Shown here piece by piece: positions 13,960 to 28,303 of a stretch of 64,000 nt of DNA. The stretch spans positions 311,302,001 through 311,366,000 of the forward strand of contig OZ024743.1 in assembly GCA_964016885.1 (NCBI GenBank). The letters are read 5' to 3'. Source of the stretch: Eledone cirrhosa. Lineage: Eukaryota. A program made the translations under genes and the position numbers. Numbering within the stretch: position 1 is the first letter of the stretch; each line of letters begins with the position of its first letter. The notes below the pieces were generated by a model. The model did not search any database. It saw only the letters and a program-made list of their open reading frames with translations, and had not been told where the DNA came from.

Positions 13960-13965
<6 letters not shown>
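13082..13965. mobile_element. Non-coding HHR element, ~530 bp unit (tandem on minus) plus inverted arm; same family as 60828-61490
   Basis: 13082-13150 sequence recurs at 13605-13690. 13690-13960 is inverted relative to both. No ORF. Confidence 0.8.
13717..13799 (+). ncRNA. Type I hammerhead ribozyme (inverted copy 13132-13214, minus)
   Basis: acttc-CTGATGA-c-gaaatgg..ccctttc-a-GAAA-ctaattag-TT-ggagt, with palindromic helix III ctaattag. Confidence 0.75.
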
Positions 13966-14025
<60 letters not shown>

Positions 14026-14131
14026 GTAATAATAATAAATTTGAAGACTAAGATTCCGTTAAGGGTGAAAGCAGCGATTCTTTGCTTAAACTTTAATTTG
14101 TTATTTTAATATATATATTTATATATATATA

Positions 14132-14690
14132 TTGTTATACTTTGGGAGGGTCATGTTGCCAATAAGAAACACACGCACCAGTTGCTTTCACTTCAATTTA
14201 TTGTAATAAATTTATAAATTTTGGAATTTATAAATTTCCGGTTGGTTAGTTGGTTCCACAACCAGATGATTGTTTATATATTGTCAAAGTTCTTTCGTCA
14301 CACATTCTGTGACCTCTTCAGTGACTGGGGATTCTTTTCTTTGTTTTTGTGCCTCTCCTTTGTTCTATCCTACGTAACAAAATGGCGTAGGACAGAACAA
14401 AGGAGAGGCACAAAAACAAAGAAAAGAATCCCCAGTCACTGAAGAGGTCACAGAATGTGTGACGAAAGAACTTTGACAATATATAAACAATCATCTGGTT
14501 GTGGAACCAACTAACCAACCGGAAATTTATAAATTCCTAAATTTATAAATTGATTACAATAAATTGAAGTGAAAGCAACTGGTGCGTGTGTTTCTTATTG
14601 GCAACATGACCCTCTCAAAGTATAACAATATCGGTTTCAACACACGTTTTCAGATAAAGAATCTTGCTAAACAAATTCAGAAACGAAATA
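14132..14690. mobile_element. ~500 bp fold-back pseudo-LTR element with HHR; further copy 28997-29245 (minus)
   Basis: 14132-14373 is the reverse complement of 14385-14628 with few mismatches. Tail extends to 14690. (TA)n flanks. Confidence 0.85.
14435..14477 (+). ncRNA. Minimal hammerhead ribozyme (copies 14283-14325 and 29149-29191, minus)
   Basis: gtca-CTGAAGA-g-gtcaca-gaatg-tgtgac-GAAA-gaac-TT-tgac. Confidence 0.75.
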
Positions 14691-14706
14691 TATATATATG
14701 TATATT

Positions 14707-14896
<190 letters not shown>

Positions 14897-14907
14897 TGTG
14901 TGTGTGT

Positions 14908-16104
14908 GTGTATATAAAGAGAGAGACAAAGAGAGAGTCTGCAGCGCTGAAACCGAGGTGACCACTATTATGGGAGTACTCAATAGAGTGGGAGATGCAA
15001 AGTGTGTATATATTTACGTATGTAAAATTCCGACCGTGGCGCCAAGTGGTTTCAGTTTGTGTAGTCTCACCCTTCAAACGATTTGCTGAACGCACAAGCC
15101 GAAACTACTTGACGCCGCAGTCACAATTTTACATATATATCTATAGGGGCCTACATCTTACGACCGATTTTCATGAAACTTTACAGGCTCATAGATTAGT
15201 CATCGGGGAGTGTTTTCTATATATCAGCGTATCGTTTTTTTTTTATTCCGGGGTCATTCTGCAGATAAAAACGGATAGGGGGTCACCTTTTTTTAGGTAT
15301 CGAAAAATAAGATTCTGGGCTCTAACTCCCACATTTTGCCACCGATTTCGTTCAAAATTTTAAGTAAAATAGAATTCATCATTGCACATCCTGTAATGGC
15401 TTTATATTTTGCATTTGTTGTTCAAGGACGGCGTGGAATCCGCTTAAATATTCAAAAATACCACTTTTAGACTCAAATTTCCACTTTTTCGGCTCTAGCT
15501 CCCACATTAATCAACCTACTTTGTTCAAATTTTACACTACGCTAGATCTCATTATTTCACGTCTTAAAGTGGCTTTAGATCTTGGATATTTTGTTCAGGA
15601 ACGGCGTGGAAGCCGCTTAAATATTAGAAAATACTACCTTTTCGCTCAAATTTCCGCCTTTTCGGCTTTAGCTCCCACATTTTTCAACCGATTTCGTTCA
15701 AATTCGAAACTTCGGCTCCACCTCACACATAAATCAATTTATTTGGTTCAACTTTTATACTACGATAGAACCTACCATTGCACATCTTATAGATGGTCAA
15801 AGGCAAAACGATGACCACTGACGTCGTCTGAGCTTTTAGTTGTGTATTCGAGAATTCATCGGTTTCCAATCAAGTAGCGGCAGGAAATTTGGTTTAGTGT
15901 TAGAGGTCATTACCTCCCTCCCCCAGCATGCCCTTTTATCAGTCACCCGCGTTTCTCAGTGATAGAGGTCATCACCATCCTCCCCCGCATGGCCTGTGTG
16001 TGGCCATAGATGAGTCATCGAGAATCAGTCGCTAAGATCAACACCTTTTCATCAAAGCAGATATTATTTTACCTACCCAGGCAACGCTGGGTACTGCTGC
16101 TTGT
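14908..16104 (+). mobile_element. Non-autonomous Helitron/Helentron-like element with internal ~173 bp tandem units
   Basis: 3' hairpin acccag-gcaacg-ctgggt followed 8 nt later by cttgt (CTAGT-like). Contains accgattt..aaa(c/t)tt motifs. Units start near 15320, 15494 and 15667. Confidence 0.55.
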
Positions 16105-16202
16105 AATATATATATGTAAGCTGATCGATAGTGAAACATATGTAATATGTTATTAAATATGTTATGATGCAACACTGAATCCTTGTTCCATTAGTCTTAT
16201 AA

Positions 16203-16306
<104 letters not shown>

Positions 16307-17257
16307 AGGGAGGGTTCTGCTTTATATTTATATACCGTAAGTTAGCAGTTCGATAAAACGAGATCGATAAAAACAAGAAAAAATAACTCCTGCTAACGGT
16401 ATGATCGACCGGAAATCTTTTCATGGCGATGTCCCAGCATGGGCGCAGTCTGATCAATGAATTCAGTAGAAGAATAAAAGAGTCTGTTGAAAATGAAAAT
16501 AAAGTAAAAATATTCTTTTCTCGCTGCCATGCCATTTAATATATTATGTTCAAAACTTTTGCTAAACTATTCGTTCATACTGGGTGGGCCTTGTGTAATT
16601 CAAAAGCATCAAATATCTTAACTGTATTGACATGGAACTGAATTATCGCTTACATTTAATTTGGTGCACGACTTACGGCCCACCCTGTATATTTCCGGAA
16701 TAAAATGCTTCTTCGAGAAAAACTAACCTTACAATTTGAACTGTAAAACAAATCTATGAATAATGTAGCATTATCTAGATATAATATCTGCTCTAAAATA
16801 ACGCTATAGTTTTGCTGTTGATTTTCTTGTTTTTTTCCTATTCTTTACACGCTAAGAAGATGTTATCAAAATACTGACGAAGAGATAGGAAATAGCAAGA
16901 AAACAAAAATGACTGAGATCGAAGTAAATATTCTGATTAGTGACGATAGTAAGCGAATAATTCGCCTGGTCGTTAAAACGTCGGATAGAGAGCTTTGCTG
17001 TATTCATTCTTGCTCACTGTTCTCTTGGTTCAAATTTACCTTTCAAAATCGATAAAAAAAAATCCAGTCCAGCTCTAGAGTCCATTCTTCCTCTATATCT
17101 CTTTCTCACTTCCATTCTCTCACCCATTATACTGTATTCAGACCCGGAGAGGAGATGGTCTTCACCAGATTTTTTTAATTTCCCTGAAACGCCGTACGTT
17201 AATATGGCGCCCCTACAACTCCCCAATAAGTTACGGATCCATACATACAAGCAACAG

Positions 17258-17395
17258 ATTGGCCGGATCATTAGTACATCGGATAAAATGCTTTGCGGTA
17301 TTCAATTCTTAATCTCTACGGTCCGGGTTCAAATCGTGCCGAGGTCAACTTTGCTTTTCATCCTTTCGATGTCAATTGAAAATGTACTGGAATCA
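17258..17395 (+). mobile_element. tRNA-related SINE, degenerate
   Basis: ggttcaaatc..gaggtcaactttgcttttcatcctt; same family as 40007-40193 and 45930-46148. Confidence 0.7.
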
Positions 17396-19084
17396 ATTCT
17401 TCCTCTATATCTTGTTTTAACTTCCTCTCTCTACCTCTTTCTGCCACTCCTTCTCTGGAAGAAATCGAATAGGGCTGGCTTCCGCCAGAATTCCTAATGA
17501 AAGTGGCCAAGAAACACTATCCCCGTACGTACATACATACATACATACATTGTAGATAGATATCTTTAAAGACAATTAGGTGTTACTGAAGCGTGTACGC
17601 TGGCACAGTATCCGTAATCCGTGCTGACCTGAACTGTTTACCGTGTTAGGGTTAATTCTTGTAGTTGAGATAACGTGCACAATGAACAGTGAATCACCAG
17701 CTAGAGTGCAGGCTAAAATGATACTGAATATGAAATACAAAGATGTTGAGACTGGTATAGATTTGAAATCTGATAAACTTTCCATTGCATTTTATCTGCG
17801 CTGGTCTTTCTTATAGAGACTTATCCGGTTATATTAAGCAAATTACATTTGCTTTTGTTTTGTTGTTGTTTCCCCTATGCCTGGGCATTTTCATTGATCT
17901 AAATTATTCGCTGCTTTCAGTGTTATTTAATAAATATGACATACAATCGACACGGCTGATATGTTTTCATAAGAAAGAATGGTAACTTTTATTATTGAAA
18001 GATATATTCTATATAAAGAATTCAATTATATCATATTTCTTTTATTGATAATATCTATTGAATAAACAAAACATAATGTCGTTCCTAGTGACATTTGAAC
18101 TCACTTATCAATTCTCTCCCTCCCCTCTGCCTTCATTCACCCTCTTCCTTACCTCTTCTCATTCCTTCCCTCTCCCTCTATCTATAGTTCCTGAAAACTC
18201 AACGCCCACATAGTTTTAACAAACATGGTAATTAATAATTTAGGTACTTTCAGTCTGCCACTAGCATTTTGCTTCCGTCTAGGTTCACTTTACTTTACTT
18301 ATTATGTTCCATTCTTTTTATTATTTATTTATTTATTTTGGTTTTGTTTTTACTTTGGTCATTTTTGTTCAGAATATTTATTTCATTCCTTTATATATAT
18401 ATTTCTTTATTTCTTTTTTTTATATATATTTTTAATCTTTAATTTCTTATCTTTCATCTGTTTTATGTGGTTTATTTTTATTCTCTTGTTTCTTTACCCT
18501 TTAAGTACTAGATTGGAGATCAACTGGGAGAGGGCTCTTTTCCCTAGCGGGCAGGGTAACCGTGGCTTTTTGTGGGATTTCTTCACGAATGACTATTGGA
18601 GTCTCCCCACCTTTAGGGAATTTCTTATGTTTGTTTTTTTATGTTTATTATTCTTAGTCTCTGATATAAATTTTGTTTTCACAAAAAACTCCACACTGTA
18701 TCGTCCTGTACCGTCTTTAATGTTTCCTTAATGTGAGTCTTGTGTGACTAATAAAGAAATCATTATTTATTTTTAACCTTTATTTATAGTCTCTCTGTAC
18801 CGTCCTATCATTAATAGCATGATTATTATTATTACCAATCGTGTTGGTAGTTAATTAAGATATGTATTAAGAAGTAAACCAAATAGCCGAAGTGTACAAT
18901 AAAGTTATATCTATATAATGTTATATCTATATACAGAGTGGGTAACCAAGTCTGCGCCAACGTGTATATAAATATAAACATTCTTTAATATATGGACGTA
19001 TAAACATACCCGAAATACGAATTTCCCTGTAAATTAAAAAAATGATAAACACTTGTAAACAATTCTCAGACATAGCTGTATGTA

Positions 19085-19299
19085 CGAGAGTGAGCTGAAA
19101 AGTTCATAGACTGACAAATGAAGGAGTGATGCTAGAGCAGTGAAATCTTGCATGCATTAATTTCAACTTTCGTTATTAATAACTGCATTGTTTCTTTCCG
19201 GGGACTATGTTGAAAATTAAACTTCATTTAGTCGTTCTATAAGAGTATCTTGGTCAGCCTACGAACTTTTCAGTCTATGAACTTTTCAGCCGACTCTCG
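19085..19299. mobile_element. Mariner-type MITE
   Basis: TIRs cgagagtgagctgaaaagttcatagact / agtctatgaacttttcagccgactctcg with TA target duplication. Confidence 0.85.
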
Positions 19300-19819
19300 T
19301 ATATTTAGACTTATGAAACTATTTTTCTATAGTACTATTTTCATTGTACTCTATTATTCGTACGTTGCTGCCCCTCCCGTTGTGAGGCGACAAATGCGAT
19401 CGCTTTTGATATTTGTTAATACGAGATAATTCAGCTAAAATATCTCTTTACGCCCTCTAATATGCAAATTGAGTTTCCTCCTGACATACAGGGCCTTCAA
19501 GCGTCTTACAGAATTATTCGATTGGATAAAATAAAAGAAATCAGTCAATTTCTTATTTACTATTTCTTTCTCTGTCTTTCTCCCCCCCCCCCCCCTCTCT
19601 CACTCTCTCAGTCACTCTCTATCTGATACTCAAACAAATACATTATCTCTCTTTCTAGTGTACTTTTATTTTCATGGACTGAAATATTGATGAACTACAT
19701 TAAAATGCTTCAAGCGAAGAATATATACACATATATATATGTGTGTGTGTGTAGTGTAAGTGATTCGGTGAATTACTGGTGGTGGTTCCAGAACAAGCAC
19801 TCTATGCGTAGGCAAAATG

Positions 19820-20160
19820 TATATATTAGAAAAATACGAGGAGGTTTCGTTTACATGTATTATATTTTTATTGTGTATCGACATGTTACGTGAGTTTTAC
19901 AGATGATTGGCTCAAGGTCACCCATAGGAGTTATGGACCCGACTTCATTATCGATCCGCTCCTCAGACTGGCGATGTGATAAACACTATATATTTTGTCA
20001 CATCGCCAATCTGAGGAGTAGATCGATAATGAAATCGGGTCCATAACTCCTATGGGTGACCTTGAGCCAATCGTCTGCGAAACGTACCTAACATGTCGAT
20101 ACACAATAAAAATCTAATACATGTAAACGAAACTTCACTGATTTCCTTTTCTAATATATA
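19820..20160. mobile_element. Fold-back mini-element with degenerate HHR
   Basis: 19820-19983 is inverted at 19993-20157. Plus arm reads CTGAGGA-gtagatcgat..atcgtctgc-GAAA-cgtac(c/g)-TA. Confidence 0.7.
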
Positions 20161-20374
20161 TATACATATATATATATACAATCAATTCATTCTAAAACTT
20201 TTCTGCAACATCCTATAAAGAAAATTTACACTTGAATGGGCAGCTTATACCCTTATATGGACAACCCACTCAGCAGACGAAATGGCCAGTAAACTGGGAG
20301 CCCCTTTACCTAACAGTCTGGTACTACTAGAATTAGCTATTGAAACAGCAAGAACTCATACGATCGCGAATACA

Positions 20375-20744
20375 AGCAGCGGAAATGGGGTTCCTCCGAA
20401 GAGGCTTTGGAGTAACATTATTCGATAGAGTGTATAGCTCGGAGATCAGAGAGCCACTACTTCGCTGAATTAAAAGATCACAGCTCCAATACTATGGGCA
20501 GGCATGTAATTAGAATGTTTCAGGAAAGAATCGTTGGACAGATTTTACGGGCAAAATAAACCGGCAGGAGACCCAGGTGTAGACTCCGAGCAAGATGGTC
20601 GGATATCCTCCATGAACTCGGCTGGTCTCGTTTGGGGATTCAGCCGTATCGGTTGGAAACGGTTGCTTCTGGCTAACTAGGAGTGTTTGAGGACTCTTCC
20701 CACACGACCCTCTCAGGAAGAAGAAGAAGAAGAAGAAGAAGAAG

Positions 20745-20775
<31 letters not shown>
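20375..20775 (+). mobile_element. RTE-clade LINE 3' end with (GAA)n tail
   Basis: RIQAAEMGFLRR..GVTLFDRV..ERIVGQILRAK.TGRRPR..RW..HELGWSRLG, degenerate. Confidence 0.8.
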
Positions 20776-20776
<1 letters not shown>

Positions 20777-20787
20777 CTAATACATAT

Positions 20788-20848
<61 letters not shown>

Positions 20849-21189
20849 TACATATACGTCTGCATATACATGCATGTGTGTGTGTGTCTATATGCGTGAG
20901 ATTGTGGATGGGGGGGGGGGGATGAGAATGTCTGTGTTTGAGCGTGTGTGTCTTAAAACTAACATGCACACACACACACATGTGTGTGTGTGTGTGTGTG
21001 TGCCAACACAAGAGCAAGAATAACGGTGTCATTCTACTGACATGGCTTTAAAAGAGGCTGTTTGCATAATTGCAAACGAATCGAATATTATTATTAATAC
21101 TAGCAGAAACCCCCCCCCCCCCCCGCGTATAATATATTTGGTATTATACGCAAATATAAATGCATATAGATATATGTAAATTGCTAATA

Positions 21190-21850
21190 TCTTCTTCTTC
21201 GCCCACTTATTTCTGAGAGGGTCGTTGGGGAAGAGTCCTTCTCAAACACTCCTTCCAGCGAGTCTGTCAGTAGCAAACATCTCTAACTGATCCAGCTGGA
21301 TCCCAAAGCGTGACCAGCCAAGCTCATGGATGTTGTCCAACTATCTTGCTCAGGGTCTACCTCTGGGTCTCTTGTCGGTTGGTTTTGCCTGTAAAATGTG
21401 TCCAGCGATCCTTTACTGGGACATTCTAACCACATGCTCATAATATCGGAGTTGTGATCTCTCAATTCGGAGAAGTAGCGGCTCTACCAGGAGTGACTCT
21501 CCTGGTCTCTGAGTTATGCACTTTATCGAGTAACGTTACTCCAAAGACCCTTCGGAGGAATCCCATTTCTGCCATTCATATATGCAATTGTATTCTTTTG
21601 GTCATTACTCAAGATTCATGATCCTCGGTAAGAGTTGGCAGGAATACCAGGAAGACAGCGAGTTTGGCGTTTACACGTACCCCCTTCTTCTGTTTGCTGA
21701 ATGCTGAGGCTGGCGCATTACTGCATTAGCTTTTGCAAATCTTGCACTTAATTCAGCCTCCTGCATTCCATCACTCGTGCACACGGCTCCAAGATACTTG
21801 AACTTCTCTAACTGCTTCAATAGAACTCCATTCACATGTATATATAAATG
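21190..21850 (-). mobile_element. RTE-clade LINE fragment, same family
   Basis: LKQLEKFKYLG..DG.QEAEL.AR.AKA..VMRQ, then EMGFLRRV.GVTLLD, then a gaagaag tail. Confidence 0.8.
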
Positions 21851-21962
21851 TGAGGAATTTCTGTCCACCCGTCCATCACGCAATGTGTATTTGTGTGAAT
21901 ATATGTGGGTGTAAAAGGAAGGAAAGGAATACACACATATATATGTCTAACTTAAAAACAGT

Positions 21963-22036
<74 letters not shown>

Positions 22037-22094
22037 TCTCTAATTTAAGAACGCCGACAATCTCACGCGCGCTCAGTTACACACACTGTCCTAT

Positions 22095-22520
22095 TACCAC
22101 TCAAGAGCTTTGGCCCGGGCAAACATCACCTCAATTTTGGAACCGTCTGGGTTGTCCAGAATTGATGGGAAAAGACTTGACAGTCTTACTCTGTGCTCCT
22201 GGTCAAGAGGCAGGTGCCTTACCTCGGACGTCACAGTTAGTGACTCTTTTGCTTCTTCCCACATCCTGGATGCAGCAGTAAGGGCGAGAGCTACAGCATC
22301 CGCAGCTACAAAATCCTAAATACCGTGTTCTGTCAGCTAACTACATTATCCGTTCGAGACGTTTGGGGAAGTCGGGCTACTGACAGCGAGATTCTTATCT
22401 TCACTGGCGGCTCGCCAAATAGAGGTAACTAGTGATGCCCGTGAGGGCACTTGGTTGTTCCAACACCTCAGCGTCGCATCACCTTAGGTAACGCTCGGGC
22501 GTGCTGGCCTGCCTCAAAAA
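22095..22520 (+). mobile_element. CRE-like non-LTR retrotransposon, restriction-like endonuclease remnant
   Basis: LARANITSILEPSGLSRIDGKRLD.LTL..WSRGRCL..DVTV.D, then K..KY, ETFG and WLFQ.LSVA..GNA. Confidence 0.7.
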
Positions 22521-22956
22521 TTATTAGAGAGGTTTCCCAGCGATTATAGTTATATACTCATACATATAGATGTATGTATGTGGACACTCATACGCGTCAG
22601 CGTGTAGAAAATCATAATCACTCTATCACGCTCATCACACACTCTCTCTTTCAATATATATGGTAGTTGAAGTGGTGATGGTGGCGACGATATACCGGAA
22701 GTGTAGACATTGGAAACTTTGAAAAGAAGTAGTAAACTTTAAATTATTTATGTTTACGAAATTTAGTTACGAAATTTAGTCCATAAATTATGTAATATTC
22801 CTTCATTATTTATTCAAAGTAATCAAATTTATTTTACTAACTGGATTAAAAGAAATAAACCGTACGCAGTCCCGCAGTCGTTACTTTATTATAGTTTAGA
22901 TTCGAAAAACTCAGATTACATTTTTTGTAATCAGCCTTGAAGAGCGATAGACTATT

Positions 22957-23009
<53 letters not shown>

Positions 23010-23015
<6 letters not shown>

Positions 23016-23470
23016 AATGTAATCTGAGTTTTTCGAATATTAATAATAACATTCGATTCGTTTGCGCGATAAATGGCCTGCTCGTATACAGGAAACTGAC
23101 TGGCCAGTCTGCTGATATGCAAATCTGGCTGAGCAGTGGATCTGCTAATATGCATCTCTGACTGATCAGCCAGTCTGGTAATATGCAAATCAGGCCGATC
23201 AGTCACTGTATAATTTGGAGAATAGCATATATTTTCACTACATCTGAGAGTTGGCAGGTGAACAGTGAGCTGTACTGATCAAGGGTGATACCCAGAAACA
23301 TTAGTGTCTGCAGTTCTGTTTACATGCCAACACAAGAGCAAGAATGAAGAGTTCATTCTGCTGACATGGCTATAAAAATGAGGCTTGTTTGCATAATTGA
23401 AAACGATCGAATGTTATTATTAATATTCGAAAAACTCAGATTACATTTATTGTATTCAGCCACGTAGAGC
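23010..23470. mobile_element. Inverted-terminus pseudo-LTR-like element with 33-bp internal repeats; fragments at 21000-21100 and 22900-22925
   Basis: 23010-23062 is inverted at 23400-23452. (TA)n on both sides. Confidence 0.6.
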
Positions 23471-23482
23471 AAAAAATTTCTT

Positions 23483-23552
<70 letters not shown>

Positions 23553-23554
23553 AT

Positions 23555-24439
<885 letters not shown>

Positions 24440-24501
24440 TATATACATATATATATATATTTATTACTATACATATATATATATATGTGTATATATATAT
24501 G

Positions 24502-24535
<34 letters not shown>

Positions 24536-24840
24536 ATATATATTTTATATATATATATATATATTATATATATACATATATAAAATACAATATGTTAAAA
24601 AGCTAACACACCAGAGAGAGAGATTCAGAGAATCTTTTGTGGATGGAAACCGCCGGTAATAGCATTATGAACAGGTAGATATTTAAATTATTTTTTAATT
24701 TATTTAAAGGATTGTTTAATGTTTGTTTGTTCTGCTCATCAATTTTTATAGTTCTGGTATCTCTGATTAGTACCATAGAACAGGAATAGACACCCTATAT
24801 ATCTCAATGTGTACTTAGTACTCAATGAGATATTTACCTC

Positions 24841-24910
<70 letters not shown>

Positions 24911-24915
<5 letters not shown>

Positions 24916-27900
24916 TATTGAAGTTTGCTTGAAGCATTGTGGAATAATAAGTAAATATCTTTAAGTCTTTTGGAAGCCTCGACAATGCAAATGGGTAAAT
25001 CTCCGGGTAACAAGATCCGGTGGTAGAGAGAGAGAGATGTAAGTGAGTGTACGTTGAGATGCGTGGTGTGTATAAGATGCGTAGAAGAATGAAGGAAAGA
25101 GTATAAAGGATAAAATAAAAATAACAACAGGAGAGAGAGTTACCTTGGGAGAGATTTAATAGTCCCTATATATTTCGGATTCATATCCATCAACTGGGGT
25201 TTTTTCCGGGGTGGGGGAAAGGTTGTCTGTCGGACAGGTGCGAAACGCGTCCTCTGCTGTTTGTTGTTTTGAATATCTGAGGTATTCGGCAGAGCGCGCG
25301 TGCGCGTGAAATGGGGTCGGTCGCGCAGAGGTCAGCGGCCAAATGAGGGAGTGGGGTGGCGCTAGCTGTCAGTCCATTCTCTGCCTGTTTGTTAAATGTT
25401 ACTGTGTGTGTGTGCGTGTGTTGTTGTCTCGCTTGAGTGTGTGTGTGTGCGTGTGTTGTTGCCTTGTTCCTCTGTATTGGCAGTGTAGTATGTTCGTATG
25501 GTGGAATGCTACTGTGTGTGTGTGCGTGTGTGTGTGTAGTTGTCTCGTTTGTGTGTGTGTGTGTGTGCGTGTGTTGCTGCATCGTTTGTTAACTTAAACC
25601 AGCCATCTCATTTCGCTTCTCTCTGATCGGTTGTTTATTTGCGGTTGCAGGCGTTTGATAAAAAGCGCTTCTTTGATACGTAACGTGCCGACGTTTCTTT
25701 CAGTCGCTAGAATTGTGACAATGGGCCTTCCGTCTTTGTTTCCGCATTTGTCTATGTGTTTCCGGAAAGACGAGGCCCTGGTTTTAGTATGTTCCTTGAT
25801 CCGGATGTGCAAAGGTCGGATTGTGCTACCTATGTAGTATTGGTTGCACCTGTCACATTCTATCTTATACACAACGTATGTGCGTAAGCAACAGTTCGCA
25901 TGGCGTATCGGGCAGTCTCTGAGGGAGCATGCGTCAGTAGATTTCCCGGGTTTCCTGGAGAGGCATCTTCGCAGGGAGGGGCCCGAGTGGGCCAGGTGGA
26001 TGTCGAGGCCCTCCCTCCGTATAGCCATGCGGATAGCGTTGGTGGTATTCTCGCCCAGGTGTGGAATTTTAAGGAAGCACTTGCGTTGGGTGCCTCTCTG
26101 TCTCTTGTGTCTGGTGTCTCCTATTCTGTTTGTAATCGAGGTAGGGTACCCGTTCGTCTCCAGCACCTCGAGGAAGCGCTTGGTATGAGTGACACCACTC
26201 GCGGGATCGCTGCATCTGTTTTTGATTCGCGCGATCTCGTTCGTGATGTATCCTCTTTTGGCACTGTTAGGGAGGGCGGACTTGTAGTGAACGAACAGGT
26301 CCCCGTAGGCTGCCTTTCGGTAGAAGTTGCAGTGGATCCTTCCCTGTTCCGCGATGTTGATTCGGAAGTCGAGGAGGGCAAGTGACCCGTCTTCGTTGGG
26401 GTGTTCAACACTGAAGTCAATGTTCTCGTCCGTGTTGTTGACCGCCTCATAGATTCTGTTCGCCGTGTCTTGGAAAGATGTGAGGATGAGGATATCGTCC
26501 ACGTACCTTGAGAAAAAGGCTACGGCGTTGGGGTGGCAGGCTTTGAGTGCCTTGCGTTCGAGGTTGTCCATGTAAGAGATCGCTAGCACACCTGATAGGC
26601 TTGATCCCATGGGCAATCCCGAGGTTTGTTGGTATGTTTGGTCAAGGAATTCGAAGTAGGTGTTGTCGACGACGATGGATAGGAGTTGGTGGATGTCTGT
26701 GGTGGTGAGCCCGAAGCAGTGTAGGTCGGTGGTTTGGACGCGTTCCATCAGTATATTGACGGCCGGGAGTGCCGGGACCGAGGTGTACAGAGCGACTACA
26801 TCAAGGCTGAAGGCATATCTGTTATTCCTTCTGGTGTCGGGATCCATTTGATGCAGGCGCTTCAACACCTCCTGGGGCTGTTAACGTGTCCCGGAAAGGT
26901 GTCTAAGATGGGTTTCAGTATTCTGGCTAGGAGCCATGACATTTTGTAGAGTGGTCACTCCACGCTCTATACGATGGGCCTGATCTTCAGGTCGGGTCCC
27001 TGTTTGTGTGTTTTCACGAGGTGGTAGAAGGCGGGTAGTCTGCTGTTCCTCGTGAGGCGGTTGTATCTCAGCTTCTCCCGGAGCTTCCGCCGGTCGCAGA
27101 TGATGGTCCAGGCGGCGTTGATGTGCTCTTCTATCTGCGCGGGAGTAGAGGTTGTCATCGTCAAGGTGTTGGAGGGCCAGGGTGTTGTAGGCCTCTCTGC
27201 TGATGACGCAGAATTCGTTTCCCTTGTCGGAGGGAGATAGATGAGGTTCTTCGATTTTAGGTTGGAGAGAGTGGTGAGTTGAGATTTGGTGAGGTTATGT
27301 GTTGTACGTGTGTGTGTGTGTTTGTGAAGTATATCCGAGATGGAGTGTTTTAGCCTGATGAGTTTAGTGTCGAGTTCGTGGTTGGTGGGTGGGGGGTGGA
27401 GTGGGTTGTCGGGGTGGTAAGTGGGGAACTTGGGGTGGGTTGCGTGGGCGCTGTTATTTTCTGTGGCGCTGTTGATGGCGGTCACCCATTTAAGTTGGTA
27501 AGCGGCTCGACAAAAGTTGGCCTCGATGTTGAGTTTGAGTCTGTCGTCGAGACGTTGTGAGACGATGAACTTGGGTCCGAGGTGTAGGAGTTTCAGCTCG
27601 TCGCTCGTGAGAGTGCCGGTTAGGTCGGTGACCAGGTGCGTCGCATCGTTGCGGTATGGCTCGGTGTTGGTGGATGCGGCGGTGGCGGTTGTTAAGTTGT
27701 TGTTTCCCACGTGGTTCTGGTCCGTCTGTTCGTTAGTGTCGATGTTCTCGTTGTGGCGTTTCGACAAGATCCACTCATATTTTCGCTTTTTATCAAACAG
27801 GCAGAGAATGGACTGACAGCTAGCGCCACCCCACTCTCTCATTCGGCCGCTGACCACTGCCCGACCGACCCCATTTCACGCGCACGCGCGCTCTGCCGAA

Positions 27901-28223
27901 TACCTCAGATATTCAAAACAACAAACAGCGGAGGAGGCGTTTCGCACCTGTCCGACAGACAACCTTTCCCCCACCCCGGAAAAAACCCCCAGTTGATGGA
28001 TGTGAATCCGAAAAATATAGGGACTATTAAATCTCTCCCTGGGTAACTCTCTCTCGTGTTGTTATTTTTATTTTATCCTTTATACTCTTTCCTTCATTCT
28101 TCTACGCATCTTATACACACCACGCATCTAAACGTACACACACTTACATCTCTCTCTCCACCACCGGATCTTGTTACCCGGAGATTTACCCATTTGCATT
28201 GTCGAGGCTTCCAAACGACTTAA

Positions 28224-28226
<3 letters not shown>
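24911..28226 (-). mobile_element. Penelope-like element (Nematis/Neptune-like), 5'-truncated, with inverted pseudo-LTR
   Basis: RT plus GIY-YIG on minus. 24960-25392 is inverted at 27795-28226. (TA)n flanks. Confidence 0.92.
25594..27795 (-). pseudogene. PLE reverse transcriptase-GIY-YIG polyprotein, disrupted
   Basis: LGPKF, FYHLVKTHK, SLDVVALYTSVP, GLPMGSSLS, RYVDD, LLDFRI, FYRK, VVYKIEC..C..YIGST.R..RIKEH. Two stops near 26955-26969 and a frameshift near 27235. Confidence 0.92.

Positions 28227-28299
<73 letters not shown>

Positions 28300-28303
<4 letters not shown>

Noticed and set aside
15320-15720. CRISPR-like array or satellite
   Set aside because: Degenerate ~173 bp tandem units without unique spacers, inside a Helitron-like element in eukaryotic DNA.
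26955-26969. TGA and TAG readthrough in the PLE RT
   Set aside because: They align to Gly and Ser in the 54-kb relative, so they are simple nonsense mutations.
25631-28046. Plus-strand ORFs over PLE and Tx1 coding regions
   Set aside because: Antisense shadows of GC-richer RT genes with no independent motifs.
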